DNA of 64,000 nucleotides from Dongia sp. (GTDB lineage: Bacteria > Pseudomonadota > Alphaproteobacteria > Dongiales > Dongiaceae): positions 87,274 through 151,273 of the forward strand of contig NZ_JAYRDA010000006.1 in assembly GCF_041909655.1 (NCBI RefSeq), written 5' to 3'. Under the pieces are notes generated by a model. That model saw nothing but the letters and a program-made list of their open reading frames with translations, made no database searches and was not told where the DNA came from. Numbering within the stretch: position 1 is the first letter of the stretch; each line of letters begins with the position of its first letter. Below, in pieces: positions 29,307-38,854 of this stretch. The translations under genes were made by a program, and so were the position numbers.

Positions 29307-30599
29307 ATGGCCTATCTTCGGTTGCCGTTTTGTTCACCGTATAAACTGTTCTGGTCCCTCGGCCCCGCCAAAACCCCCGCTGCCATCATCCATAAATCCT
29401 ACGCCAGATATGTCTGGCGGATGCATGGCAAAAGCGCCTGGCCGCGTATCGCTCTCTACAGCGTCACCTGGCCGGTGATGTTCGCCTATCTCTCCTGGAA
29501 GCATACAACCAAACTGGGGGACAAGGTCCGGGAGGTGTCCGGCAAGGGAAAACCGCGCCAGGTCTGGGAGCAATGGGTCGTTGCCTTCCGGCATTCGATC
29601 TCGCCGAAGAAATATTACGTGTTCGAGCTGTTCCGCCCCGAGCGCTATGCCAATGCCGGCGCCTATATCGCGCGCTACGAATTCAAGGGCGGCCTTCACA
29701 ATCTGATCGAGTCGCGGATCGATCAGTCCAGCCGCCGTATCCTCAACAACAAGGCGGCCTTCTTCCTGCATTGCGAGAAGGCCGGTGTCACCACCATTCC
29801 CTCGTTCATGCTGGTGCATGACGACGGCCGCATCGAGCGACTGGCGACGTTCGAGGGCGATCTGCCGCCCGTCGACATTTTTTTCAAGCCGTTCCGCGGG
29901 CGCGGCGGCCGTGGCTGCGAACGCTGGCTGCGCCAGCCCGATGGCAGTTATGCCGATCAATATGACACGCGCAAATCACCCGCCGATTTGCTGGCCCATA
30001 TCCGCGCCCAGGCCAAGATCGAACCGGTTATTGTGCAGCAGGCGCTGTTCGGCCACAGCGCGCTTCGTGACCTTTCCATCAACGTGCTCACAACCTGCCG
30101 TGTGATGTCGGTCAAGAACGAGAGCGGCGGCTATGAAGTGACCCATGCCGTCTTCAAATCCTCGACCCGGTCGGATTCCGTGGTCGATAATTTCCACAAG
30201 GGCGGCATTGTCAGCCGGGTGGATGTGACGAGCGGGAAGCTCGGCCCGGCCTCTGATGCAGGCACCAAGCAACCCTGCGTGTGGTTCGACAGGCATCCCA
30301 CCACCGGGGCGATGATCGCCGGGCGTCAGTTGCCGTTCTGGCAGGAAACTAAGGAATTGCTCTGCCGCGGTCATGCCGCCTTCTCCGACCGCATCACGAT
30401 CGGCTGGGATGTCGCCATCACCGATGACGGTCCGGTCATCGTGGAAGGCAATGTGCAATCGGGCTGCGACATGATCCAGCGCACGCATGACCTGCCGGCC
30501 GGTATCGGGCGCCTGGCGGAATGCTATGCGCACCATATCCAGATCGCCGAGCGCCAGCCGATCAGCGAGAGCTGGAAGGCACGCCGCGCGCGGGCGTAA
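29307..30599 (+). CDS. Sugar-transfer-associated ATP-grasp domain protein
   Basis: LNNKAAF, FFKPFRGRGGRG, TCRVMS, DNFHKGG, IGWDVAIT..IVEGN. Confidence 0.75.
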   Translation: MAYLRLPFCSPYKLFWSLGPAKTPAAIIHKSYARYVWRMHGKSAWPRIALYSVTWPVMFAYLSWKHTTKLGDKVREVSGKGKPRQVWEQWVVAFRHSISPKKYYVFELFRPERYANAGAYIARYEFKGGLHNLIESRIDQSSRRILNNKAAFFLHCEKAGVTTIPSFMLVHDDGRIERLATFEGDLPPVDIFFKPFRGRGGRGCERWLRQPDGSYADQYDTRKSPADLLAHIRAQAKIEPVIVQQALFGHSALRDLSINVLTTCRVMSVKNESGGYEVTHAVFKSSTRSDSVVDNFHKGGIVSRVDVTSGKLGPASDAGTKQPCVWFDRHPTTGAMIAGRQLPFWQETKELLCRGHAAFSDRITIGWDVAITDDGPVIVEGNVQSGCDMIQRTHDLPAGIGRLAECYAHHIQIAERQPISESWKARRARA

Positions 30600-30629
30600 G
30601 ACCCGCGACGATTGAAGGTGCAATGGCGC

Positions 30630-31214
30630 TTAGAGGCGCTCGGGGAAATCCGGTTCCTGAGTGTCCGCGGGTGCCGCCAGAAGATCGAACAGGCGACCGA
30701 CTGAATTGGCGACCGAGAAGTATTGGCGCACGGCGGGCTTTGCAAAGCCATCATCGATGATGCCGTCGATCATGCCGACCAGTCGGTCCCAATAGCCATC
30801 GGCATTGAGCACGATGATCGGCTTGTCGTGAATGCCGAGCTGCCGCCAGGTCACGACCTCGAACAATTCCTCAAGGGTCCCCAGCCCACCCGGCAGAACG
30901 CAGAACGCGTCCGACAGGTCGAACATCATGCGCTTCCTGGTATGCATGTTGTCGACCACCTTCAACTCGGTGAGGCCGGTATGGCCGACTTCGAGATCCT
31001 GGAGATGCTGCGGGATGATGCCGATCACCTCGCCGCCGCCGGCCATGACGGCATCGGCGCAAGCGCCCATCAGGCCGACTCGCCCGCCGCCATAGATGAG
31101 GCGGATGCCGCGCTGGGCCATGTCACCGCCGAGTTCCTGGGCGAGCTTGAAAAAAGCGGGGTTGGTGCCGCGGGATGACCCGCAATAGACGCAGAGTGAG
31201 GTGATCGGAGTCAT
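30630..31214 (-). CDS. LOG family protein (TIGR00730-type nucleotide monophosphate nucleosidase)
   Basis: VYCGSS, YGGGRVGLMG, MHTRKRMM, LPGGLGTLEE. Start moved to ATG 31214. Confidence 0.92.
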   Translation of the reverse strand: MTPITSLCVYCGSSRGTNPAFFKLAQELGGDMAQRGIRLIYGGGRVGLMGACADAVMAGGGEVIGIIPQHLQDLEVGHTGLTELKVVDNMHTRKRMMFDLSDAFCVLPGGLGTLEELFEVVTWRQLGIHDKPIIVLNADGYWDRLVGMIDGIIDDGFAKPAVRQYFSVANSVGRLFDLLAAPADTQEPDFPERL

Positions 31215-31491
31215 TCCGATTTCATTGCTCCTGAAAATGGGTGGTTGGTCACGGCCAGATTGGGCCGGAGAGATAATCGTCGCGTTTTCATTGCCACCAA
31301 TATGAGCCAGCTTCCGGGACAGTTCAATGACGATACCGCCGCCGGGGACGCGCCGGAATAATGTCCCCGGGGAGGCCGAGCGCCCGGCATGGGAGTGATT
31401 GCCTGAATCTGCGCCGAGGATTAGCTTTCCTTGAGGCAAATCACATGTCCGGGCCAGACGGCACGGAATCGGGCCGGAACGGGGTAGAGAA

Positions 31492-32607
31492 ATGTCGAGA
31501 CTGGCACTGATTGGGGCGGCGGGCGCCGCCGTGGTGATCCTGGCGGCCGGCCTCATCTACGCGATCGGGCAGCAGGAACAGGAAGATGCCCTGGATGCCC
31601 CGCCTGCCACCGAAGCACCGGCCACCGCCGAGAGTTCCGATTCCGCCCCGGCGACGAGGGCTCCCACGGATAGCACGGCGGTTGAGCAAGGGGGCGAAGC
31701 AGCGACCACGAGCGGTTCAGCGGCGAACCCCGCCGCATCGCCCGAGAACGAGGCCGATGATATCCTGCCCAGCTTCGACGTGGTGCGTGTCAATCCCAAT
31801 GGCGATGCGGTGATCGCTGGCCGCGCAGCGCCCGGTGCCGAAGTCGAGTTGCTTGATGATGGCCAGGTCATCGGCCGTGCCGAGGCTGATGACCGCGGCG
31901 AATGGGTTCTGCTGCCCAACAGTGCGATCGAGCCGGGCGAGCATAAATTCACGCTGCAGGTTCAGCGCCCCAATGCGCCGTCGCTGCAATCGGAGCGCAT
32001 GGTGATCGTCATGGTGCCGGCGCCGGCCAAGGATATTGCCGGCAGCGCGGTCACCGAGCCGGCGGGCGCCTTGGCGCTCTCGGTCCCGCGCGACGGCGAC
32101 GGGCCCAGCCAGATTCTGAACCTCCCCAGCGCGGGATCCGGCGGCGAGGCGGCGACAGGACCGGTGACGGCACCCGTGCTCGACGTTCTCGATTTCGATC
32201 GCGACGGCCGCATGGCCCTTTCCGGCCGCGCCCCGGCGGACGGCAAGATCGCCCTTTATCTGGACGACAAATTGCTGGGCGCGGTCGATGTGGACCCGCA
32301 GGGGCGCTGGGCCTTTATCCCCACCGAGACCTTGCCGGTGGGCGGGCATGAATTGCGGATCGATCAGCTCGACGCTGCGGGCAAGGTTGTTGCCCGTTCC
32401 GCGCAACCGATCGAGCAACCCGATTTCGCGGGCCTGTCGCCCGAGGGGGACAAGATAATCGTGCAGCCGGGCAATTCGCTTTGGCGCCTGGCGCGCCGTA
32501 CCTATGGCGACGGCATGAACTACAGCGTCATCTACGAAGCCAACAAGGATCGCATCCGCGATCCGGATCTTATCTATCCCGGCCAGGTCTTCGAACTGCC
32601 GAACTAG
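31492..32607 (+). CDS. Membrane-anchored LysM-domain protein with Ig-like repeats
   Basis: N-terminal TM, Ala/Pro/Glu linker, two Ig-like segments, C-terminal VQPGNSLWRLA..IYEANKDRIRDPDLIYPGQ. Confidence 0.88.
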   Translation: MSRLALIGAAGAAVVILAAGLIYAIGQQEQEDALDAPPATEAPATAESSDSAPATRAPTDSTAVEQGGEAATTSGSAANPAASPENEADDILPSFDVVRVNPNGDAVIAGRAAPGAEVELLDDGQVIGRAEADDRGEWVLLPNSAIEPGEHKFTLQVQRPNAPSLQSERMVIVMVPAPAKDIAGSAVTEPAGALALSVPRDGDGPSQILNLPSAGSGGEAATGPVTAPVLDVLDFDRDGRMALSGRAPADGKIALYLDDKLLGAVDVDPQGRWAFIPTETLPVGGHELRIDQLDAAGKVVARSAQPIEQPDFAGLSPEGDKIIVQPGNSLWRLARRTYGDGMNYSVIYEANKDRIRDPDLIYPGQVFELPN

Positions 32608-32633
32608 ATCCGGCTGCCAGATCCGGCTGTTTG

Positions 32634-33092
32634 TCAGGAGCTTTGGCGCGACGGCCAGGCCGGCAGGATTTCGGCCAGCATCTGCAGATAGGGGCTGATT
32701 TCAAGGATGACGCTGGTGGCGGCCGCGATCAGATCGACCGGCGCCCAGGAATCTCCGATCGGCGCCTTGCCGACGCACAGGATCGTCTTGTGCTTGCTGA
32801 TGGCAAGGCGCGTATGCGGCAGATGCTGGCTGGCGGCGATGATGGCCATGGTCGAGCGGCGGACCGTGATGCTTTCGGCGGAATAGGGCAGGGGTGCGAC
32901 CTCGCCCGAGATCTGCACAATGGGGCCGGATTGAATCTGCCGGGTGTTGGCGCTGAAGGGCACGTCCATGAAACGGAACTGGAACTGAACCAAGCCGCCG
33001 CTGCGCCCGACGCGAAGCTTGCCGCCATCATCGATCCGGACATGCTCCACATCCGACGGCAGCATCTTCTTGGCTAACATCTCCATGGTCAC
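32634..33092 (-). CDS. Hypothetical protein
   Basis: 152 aa ORF with strong codon bias filling the gap; family not recognised. Confidence 0.7.
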   Translation of the reverse strand: MTMEMLAKKMLPSDVEHVRIDDGGKLRVGRSGGLVQFQFRFMDVPFSANTRQIQSGPIVQISGEVAPLPYSAESITVRRSTMAIIAASQHLPHTRLAISKHKTILCVGKAPIGDSWAPVDLIAAATSVILEISPYLQMLAEILPAWPSRQSS

Positions 33093-33316
33093 GGTCGGGC
33101 GCCCCTTCTTGCACCGTCCAATGCCGCGGCGCGAAAATGGATGCTAGGGCAGTACGTTTAACGATTTGTAAAAACTCCGCGCCATCACCAGATTTTCATG
33201 TGATGCCGCGGTTGCGATTTCATTCGTGACGCGCCTCCCGTTCTGTGGCAAATCAAACTGTTAGTCGTCGGCGCTGCGTTCTTTCCGAAGGTGCCGCATG
33301 GAAAAGAGAGCCTATT

Positions 33317-34003
33317 TTGACGCCAAAAGTCCTCTGCCCGATCCACCGCGCCGGCTGGCCGTTTATCGGCATCTTTGCCGCCGTCACGATTCTGCTGTGG
33401 TGGCTCTGGATGCCGCTGGGCCTTGCCGGTGCCGTTCTCACGCTATGGTGTGCGTATTTCTTCCGCGACCCGGACCGTGTGACGCCCACGCGCCCCGGCC
33501 TGCTGATCAGTCCGGCCGATGGTGTCGTGCAGATGATCCAGCCGGCGGTGCCCCCGGCCGAGCTCGGCCTCGACCAGCGCCCGCGCACACGCATCAGCGT
33601 CTTCATGAATGTCTTCAACGTGCATGTTAACCGCTCCCCGATCGATGCCGAGGTGATGGCCAGCGCCTATCGCCCGGGGAAGTTCGTCAATGCGGCCCTC
33701 GACAAAGCCAGCGACGAGAACGAGCGGCAATCCCTGCTTCTGCGGACCGCCGACGGCCAGGATATCTGCACGGTGCAGATCGCAGGTCTGGTGGCGCGGC
33801 GCATCATCTGCTGGACCCAGGTCGGCCAGCGCCTGAAGGCCGGCGAACGTTTCGGCCTGATCCGGTTCGGCAGCCGCGTCGATGTCTATCTGCCCGATGG
33901 CGTGCAGCCGCTGGTCAGTGTCGGCCAGATTGCCATTGCCGGTGAAACTGTCCTCGCCGATCTGCGTTCTGAAGAAGCCACCCGCCTCGGCGAGATGCGC
34001 TGA
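33317..34003 (+). CDS. psd: Phosphatidylserine decarboxylase proenzyme
   Basis: [34 protein letters not shown] cleavage motif. Start estimated at TTG 33317. Confidence 0.93.
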   Translation: MTPKVLCPIHRAGWPFIGIFAAVTILLWWLWMPLGLAGAVLTLWCAYFFRDPDRVTPTRPGLLISPADGVVQMIQPAVPPAELGLDQRPRTRISVFMNVFNVHVNRSPIDAEVMASAYRPGKFVNAALDKASDENERQSLLLRTADGQDICTVQIAGLVARRIICWTQVGQRLKAGERFGLIRFGSRVDVYLPDGVQPLVSVGQIAIAGETVLADLRSEEATRLGEMR

Positions 34004-34019
34004 GAGATAGGAGAGTAGG

Positions 34020-34811
34020 ATGATTCGACGCCATCGCCTGCGCGACCATTCGATCAACCGCCTCATTCCGAACATGCTGACGCTCTGCGCGCTCTTCGCG
34101 GGGCTCACCAGCATCCGCTTTGCGCTGCTCGAACGCTGGGATTACGCGGTTATTGCGATTCTGATCTCCGCTGTCTTCGACGCCCTGGACGGTCGTATCG
34201 CGCGCCTCCTCGATTCCGCCAGCAAATTTGGCGCGGAGCTCGATTCCCTGAGCGATTTTGTGAGCTTTGGCGTGGCACCCGCGGTGATCATGTTCCTGTG
34301 GAGCACGCAGGAAGTGAAAGGCGTCGGCTGGGCCCTGGTTCTTGCCTTCAGCGCCTGCATGGCGTTGCGCCTCGCCCGCTTCAATACGAAGCTCGACAAT
34401 GCGGATCTCCCCGCCTGGCACAGCCGCTTCTTCACCGGCGTTCCGGCGCCGGCTGCCGCCGGCCTTGTGCTGATGCCGCTCATCGCCTGGCTGGAATTTG
34501 GCTTCACCTTCCTGCGCTCGCCGGCTTTCGTGGGGCTGGTCATCATCGGTGTCGCGGGGCTCGCGGTGAGCCGTCTGCCGACTTTCTCCTTCAAGCGGGT
34601 ACGCATAAGCCAGCGTCTGGTGCTGCCCACCATGACGGCGGTGGCGATCTATGCCTCCTTGCTGGTGAGCCTGCCCTGGGCGACCTTGTTCTTCACCTTG
34701 CTGGCCTATATCTGCACCATCCCCGTCGCCTATCAGACTCACCATCGCCTGCAGGCGCAACGGCCGGCCAACGCGCCGGTCGAAAACAGCGTCGACATGG
34801 ATCACGACTGA
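34020..34811 (+). CDS. pssA: CDP-diacylglycerol--serine O-phosphatidyltransferase
   Basis: PNMLT, DALDGRIAR..SKFGAELDSLSDFVSFG, LRLARFN, FTGVPAP; follows psd. Confidence 0.92.
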   Translation: MIRRHRLRDHSINRLIPNMLTLCALFAGLTSIRFALLERWDYAVIAILISAVFDALDGRIARLLDSASKFGAELDSLSDFVSFGVAPAVIMFLWSTQEVKGVGWALVLAFSACMALRLARFNTKLDNADLPAWHSRFFTGVPAPAAAGLVLMPLIAWLEFGFTFLRSPAFVGLVIIGVAGLAVSRLPTFSFKRVRISQRLVLPTMTAVAIYASLLVSLPWATLFFTLLAYICTIPVAYQTHHRLQAQRPANAPVENSVDMDHD

Positions 34812-35413
34812 TGCTGGATCGCGCCGTTCGCCGGCGCATCGATCCGGTTTTGGAACGCGTGGCAGCCAGGCTCGCCAGACAAGGCATCGCCGCGGATGCC
34901 GTGACGTGGTTCGGGTTCGCTCTCGGCCTTTGCGCCGCTGCTGCAATCGCCGCTGATTGGCGCGTCTTGGCCTTGTTTCTTCTTTTCGGGAACCGTCTTT
35001 GCGATGGCCTCGATGGGGCGCTGGCGCGTCTCTCCGCGCCGACCGATCGCGGCGCCTATCTCGACATCGTCCTCGATTTCCTGTTCTACGCGCTGTTCGT
35101 GTTTGCCTTTGCCTGGCGCGATCCGGCGGATGCGTTGGCAGCGGCTTTTCTCATCCTCAGTTTCGTGGGCACCGGGACCAGCTTTCTGGCCCATGCCATC
35201 TTCGCTGCCAGGCATGGCGGTGCTGCCGCCACCCCACGCAAGGGCATCGCCTATATCGGCGGCCTCACGGAAGGGACCGAGACGATCTTCGTCTTCGTGC
35301 TGATGCTGTTGTTGCCCGGGCATTTCGCCTTGCTGGCCTGGATCTTCGGCGCGCTCTGCTGGGCAACGACGGCCAGCCGCGTGGTCACGACGCTGGACAT
35401 GCTACGCCGCTGA
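34811..35413 (+). CDS. CDP-alcohol phosphatidyltransferase family protein (YnjF-like)
   Basis: ADAVT, DGLDGALAR...RGAYLDIVLD, GLTEGTET. It is the 3' part of track ORF 34298-35413. Confidence 0.88.
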   Translation: MLDRAVRRRIDPVLERVAARLARQGIAADAVTWFGFALGLCAAAAIAADWRVLALFLLFGNRLCDGLDGALARLSAPTDRGAYLDIVLDFLFYALFVFAFAWRDPADALAAAFLILSFVGTGTSFLAHAIFAARHGGAAATPRKGIAYIGGLTEGTETIFVFVLMLLLPGHFALLAWIFGALCWATTASRVVTTLDMLRR

Positions 35414-35447
35414 CGGCGCGCTTATTTGTGACGGCGCGCTTACGCGC

Positions 35448-36170
35448 CTACTTGTGATTGTGATGCGCCTGCAGGGTCTGGACCAGTTCTTCCAGCTTGC
35501 TGCGGTCCATCAGATAGAGATTGCGGCCCTTCCGCTTCAGGAGGCCGCTCGGATAAAGCTGGCTGATGGCGCGGTTGACCGTTTCGCGCGTGGTGCTGGT
35601 CATGCCGGCGATCTCGTGCATCGGCGGCAGGGGGCGCACGACCCAGAGGCCGGGCACGGCCGCTTCAGGCTGGGCCATGCGCAGCAATTCGGCATAGACG
35701 CGCTGTGCGGCCTGCAGCGTCGAAAGCTCCATGATGCGCAGGCCGCTTTGCCGGACCAGGCGCGCCATGCGCTGCATCAGATGGAACGAGACGGCGGCAT
35801 TGGTGCGGACCAACTCGACGAAAGTGTCGGGCGGCATGATGCACAATTCCGACTTTTCGATCGCCGTCACGCTGGCCGAGCGGGGCTGCTCGTCGATCGC
35901 CGCCAACTCGCCGAAGGATTCGCCAGGCTTTACGGTCGCCAGGGTGACTTCCTTGCCGGTCGGGGAAAACGTCACCACCGCAACCGAGCCGCGCAGGACG
36001 AAGAACACGTCGCGCGAGGTGGCGCCCTTGTCGAGGATGGTCTGTCCCTTCTCGTAGATGCGCCAGCGGCAGCGCCCTTCGAGTGCCTTCAATTCGGCTT
36101 CGGACAGGCCCTCCAGCAGCGAAAAGGTGCGTAGAGTCCGTTCCACAATTTGTGTCTGAGTCGTTCCCAT
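35448..36170 (-). CDS. Crp/Fnr family transcriptional regulator (cNMP-binding type)
   Basis: FGELAAIDEQPRSASV cyclic-nucleotide pocket; HTH EIAGMTSTTRETVNR; no FNR Cys cluster. Start is 36170 or 36206. Confidence 0.9.
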   Translation of the reverse strand: MGTTQTQIVERTLRTFSLLEGLSEAELKALEGRCRWRIYEKGQTILDKGATSRDVFFVLRGSVAVVTFSPTGKEVTLATVKPGESFGELAAIDEQPRSASVTAIEKSELCIMPPDTFVELVRTNAAVSFHLMQRMARLVRQSGLRIMELSTLQAAQRVYAELLRMAQPEAAVPGLWVVRPLPPMHEIAGMTSTTRETVNRAISQLYPSGLLKRKGRNLYLMDRSKLEELVQTLQAHHNHK

Positions 36171-36248
36171 GGCGGGCAGCATAATCGAAACATGCGGCGG
36201 CGCCAACCGGGGCGCGCGCCTGCGTCGCGATGGAACTCTACGGGAACA

Positions 36249-36887
36249 CTACCAGCGCAAGTAGCGCCGGCCAATGAGGGCACCCAGAAGTGTCACGATG
36301 GCGATGGCTCCCAGATACCAGATCGCGACATAAAACGGCGAATCATTGTCGCAATGGATGGCGAAGATCAGGGCGCCGATGCCGCCGGCGGCCAGCCCCG
36401 CCGCGGCACCGCCGGCCAGGGGCGATTGCGGGGCCCCCCGGCCGATGGCCCAGAGTGTCGCAACGAGTGGTGCCAGCGAGAGCAGCGGCACGAAGATCAG
36501 GCAGAAATAGGGCTGCTGCCCTAAAGCGGCCGTCGCCCATTGCTCGCGCGCCAGGAGCGAGCCTTCGGCGGCAAAACCGGCCAGCAAGGGCAAGGCGAGC
36601 AAGGGGAGAAAGCGGAAGGCCGCACGCGGCGCATGGAGCGGGTTGGCGAGATGCAGGACGAAGACCGTGGCCGTGACGGCGATGAGCGCCGCCATCAGCA
36701 CCTTGAGCAGATAGCGCCAGGTGGCAAGGGCGTCGGCAAGGTCCGGGCGCATGTCCAGGAAATAGGCAAAGATCATCATCGACAGGATAATCGCCGGGGG
36801 CAGGGCATAGAGAATGCCATGCCCGGCGCGGAGCGGCTTGCGGTCCTGATCGGCCACCAGGCTGTCGATGAGTTGGTCGGTCTTCAT
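36249..36887 (-). CDS. nrsF: NrsF-family anti-sigma factor (DUF1109)
   Basis: MKTDQLIDSL start, multi-TM, GAPQSP..AG..AGL.AG, AIHCDNDS..Y..WY. Confidence 0.9.
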   Translation of the reverse strand: MKTDQLIDSLVADQDRKPLRAGHGILYALPPAIILSMMIFAYFLDMRPDLADALATWRYLLKVLMAALIAVTATVFVLHLANPLHAPRAAFRFLPLLALPLLAGFAAEGSLLAREQWATAALGQQPYFCLIFVPLLSLAPLVATLWAIGRGAPQSPLAGGAAAGLAAGGIGALIFAIHCDNDSPFYVAIWYLGAIAIVTLLGALIGRRYLRW

Positions 36888-36897
36888 GTCATTTGCT

Positions 36898-37452
36898 TCA
36901 TGTTATCTCGCCGCTGCGCGCGGCCTTGGCGAGGGCGGCCAGCCCCCGGTGCAAGGCGACGCGCACGGCACCTTCCTTCATGGTCAATCTCTGTGCCGTC
37001 TCGCTGATCGAGAGGCCCTCTACCGAGATCGAGCGGACCACCTTTTCCTGGCCCTTGGGCAATTGCGCGAGATGCTTGTCGAGGGCGTCCGAGGTCAGCG
37101 TCTCCTCCGGCTCCGGCGCCGGCAGGAATTCGGCAAAATCGTCGATCGGCACCATCACCCGGCGACCGCGGCGGCGCAGGCTGTCGATCATCTTGTGCCG
37201 ACTCACCGCGCGCAGCCAGGGCAGGATCGGCCGTTCCCTATCCCAGGTCGCCCGCTTCAGGTGAATGGCGATCAACGTTTCCTGCACGATATCCTCCGCA
37301 TCCGCGACATCGTAACCCTGGCGCGACAATTCACGCCGGGTCCAGCCCCGCAGCAGACCCGCCAAGGCGCCGAGCAAACGGCGATACGCGGCCTCGTCGC
37401 CAGCCAGGGCAACCCGCATCGAACCCGCCAGTTCTTGCTCCAAATCACTCAC
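36898..37452 (-). CDS. sigF: ECF sigma factor, SigF/ECF16 type
   Basis: GDEAAYRRLL, AEDIVQETLIAIHLKRATWD, AVRVALHRGL; directly upstream of nrsF. GTG start at 37452. Confidence 0.9.
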   Translation of the reverse strand: MSDLEQELAGSMRVALAGDEAAYRRLLGALAGLLRGWTRRELSRQGYDVADAEDIVQETLIAIHLKRATWDRERPILPWLRAVSRHKMIDSLRRRGRRVMVPIDDFAEFLPAPEPEETLTSDALDKHLAQLPKGQEKVVRSISVEGLSISETAQRLTMKEGAVRVALHRGLAALAKAARSGEIT

Positions 37453-37466
37453 GCCTTTCCCCCTTC

Positions 37467-37492
37467 TTCGGCGCCCGGCCAGGATTGTTACA
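37467..37492 (-). promoter_or_regulatory. Sigma-F (ECF16)-type promoter for sigF-nrsF
   Basis: TGTAAC-N16-CGAA on the minus strand, 15 nt upstream of the sigF start. Confidence 0.75.
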
Positions 37493-37574
37493 CTTTTTCC
37501 CAAGCCATGATGCCGCAGGGTGTGCGGCCGGTAAACCGCCCATCCACCGGTCGCTGGATTATGGCGGCCGGTAC

Positions 37575-37601
37575 TGTAACGCCCCCGACGAGCGCGGCGT
37601 A
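37575..37601 (+). promoter_or_regulatory. Sigma-F (ECF16)-type promoter for the DUF2282 operon
   Basis: TGTAAC-N17-CGTA on the plus strand, 47 nt upstream of the precursor ATG. Confidence 0.75.
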
Positions 37602-37648
37602 ACTCCCTGTAAGCCGATCCCGGCCCAACTTCAATCGTGAGGAACCCC

Positions 37649-37936
37649 ATGAATCGTCGCACTGCCGGTCTCGCCATTGCCGGCTCTCTCCTTTCCGCGC
37701 TTGCTCTCTCTGCCGGCCCGGCCGCCGCCGAGGGTACCGAGAAATGCTATGGCATCTCATTGGCCGGTCAGAACGATTGCGCCTCGACCGGTGGAAATTC
37801 CTGCGCCGGCACCTCCAAGGTCGATTACGACAAGGCTGCCTGGAAACTGGTGCCGGCTGGTTCCTGCGAAACCACGATGGTGACCTTGCCCGACGGCAAT
37901 ACCCGCGCTGGTTCCCTGAAGCCGATCGAATCCTGA
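37649..37936 (+). CDS. DUF2282 bufferin-type (BufA1) metallophore precursor
   Basis: Sec signal, then EKCYGISLAGQNDC-N7-CAG...W..VPAGSC with four Cys; GAGGA Shine-Dalgarno. Confidence 0.9.
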   Translation: MNRRTAGLAIAGSLLSALALSAGPAAAEGTEKCYGISLAGQNDCASTGGNSCAGTSKVDYDKAAWKLVPAGSCETTMVTLPDGNTRAGSLKPIES

Positions 37937-37957
37937 TTGGTCATTGCCGTGCCGCCC

Positions 37958-38854
37958 ATGGTCCCTCCCCAGATCGATGGCATGGTTCCGATGCCGGCCG
38001 GGCTTCAAGCCCAGGCCGGCATCGGCTTGCGCCCGCAGCATTACAATGATGCTCTGGCGAATCCGCGCGATGTTGCCTTCGTCGAGGTGCATCCTGAAAA
38101 CTATCTCTGCGCCGGTGGCCCGCAGCATCATTATCTGACGCTGGTGCGCGAAATTCTGCCGGTCTCGTTTCACGGCGTCGGCCTTTCCTTGGGGGGTGAA
38201 ACACGTCCCGACCGGACACATCTTGAGCGCCTGCGCGGGCTCATTGATCGCTATCAGCCGTTCCGGTTTTCCGAACACCTCGCCTGGTCCAGTCATGGCG
38301 GGCATTTCTTCAACGATCTGCTGCCGCTTCCCTACACGCAACGCAATCTTGCGCGCATGGTGGATCATGTCGTCGAGACGCAGGAAGCGCTCGGCCGGCA
38401 GATCCTGATCGAGAACCCTTCGCTCTATCTCGGTTTCGCCGAGAGCGAAATGAGCGAGCCGGAATTTCTGGCGCAATTGGCGGCGTGCAGCGGCTGCGCC
38501 TTGTTGCTGGATATCAACAACCTTTATGTCTCTGCGATCAATGCCGGGACCGATCCATGGGCCAGCCTCGCCGCGTTTCCACTGTGGCAGGTTGGTGAAA
38601 TTCATCTCGCCGGCCATGCACGGCAGGTGGATGCGGATGGCGATGTCCTGCTGATCGATGCGCATAACGCACCGGTCGCGGATGCCGTCTGGCAGCTCTT
38701 TGCCGAGGCGGTCGCGGTGATGCCGCCGGTCCCGGTCCTGATCGAATGGGACAATGATCTGCCGGCCTGGGCGGAACTGACAGCCGAAGCGCACAGCGCC
38801 CAAAGCATTCTCGATCTATCGCAGCCTGGAGGCCGTCTTGCCGCCATCGCGTGA
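37958..38854 (+). CDS. DUF692 multinuclear non-heme iron oxidative enzyme (BufB-like)
   Basis: GIGLRPQH, EVHPENY, HGVGLSLG, SEHLAW, IENPS, LDINNLY, EIHLAGH, LIEWD. Start uncertain (37958-37991). Confidence 0.93.
   Translation: MVPPQIDGMVPMPAGLQAQAGIGLRPQHYNDALANPRDVAFVEVHPENYLCAGGPQHHYLTLVREILPVSFHGVGLSLGGETRPDRTHLERLRGLIDRYQPFRFSEHLAWSSHGGHFFNDLLPLPYTQRNLARMVDHVVETQEALGRQILIENPSLYLGFAESEMSEPEFLAQLAACSGCALLLDINNLYVSAINAGTDPWASLAAFPLWQVGEIHLAGHARQVDADGDVLLIDAHNAPVADAVWQLFAEAVAVMPPVPVLIEWDNDLPAWAELTAEAHSAQSILDLSQPGGRLAAIA

Noticed and set aside
34298-35413. 371-aa ORF suggesting a fused phosphotransferase
   Set aside because: The first 171 codons are an alternative frame of pssA. The gene starts at 34811.
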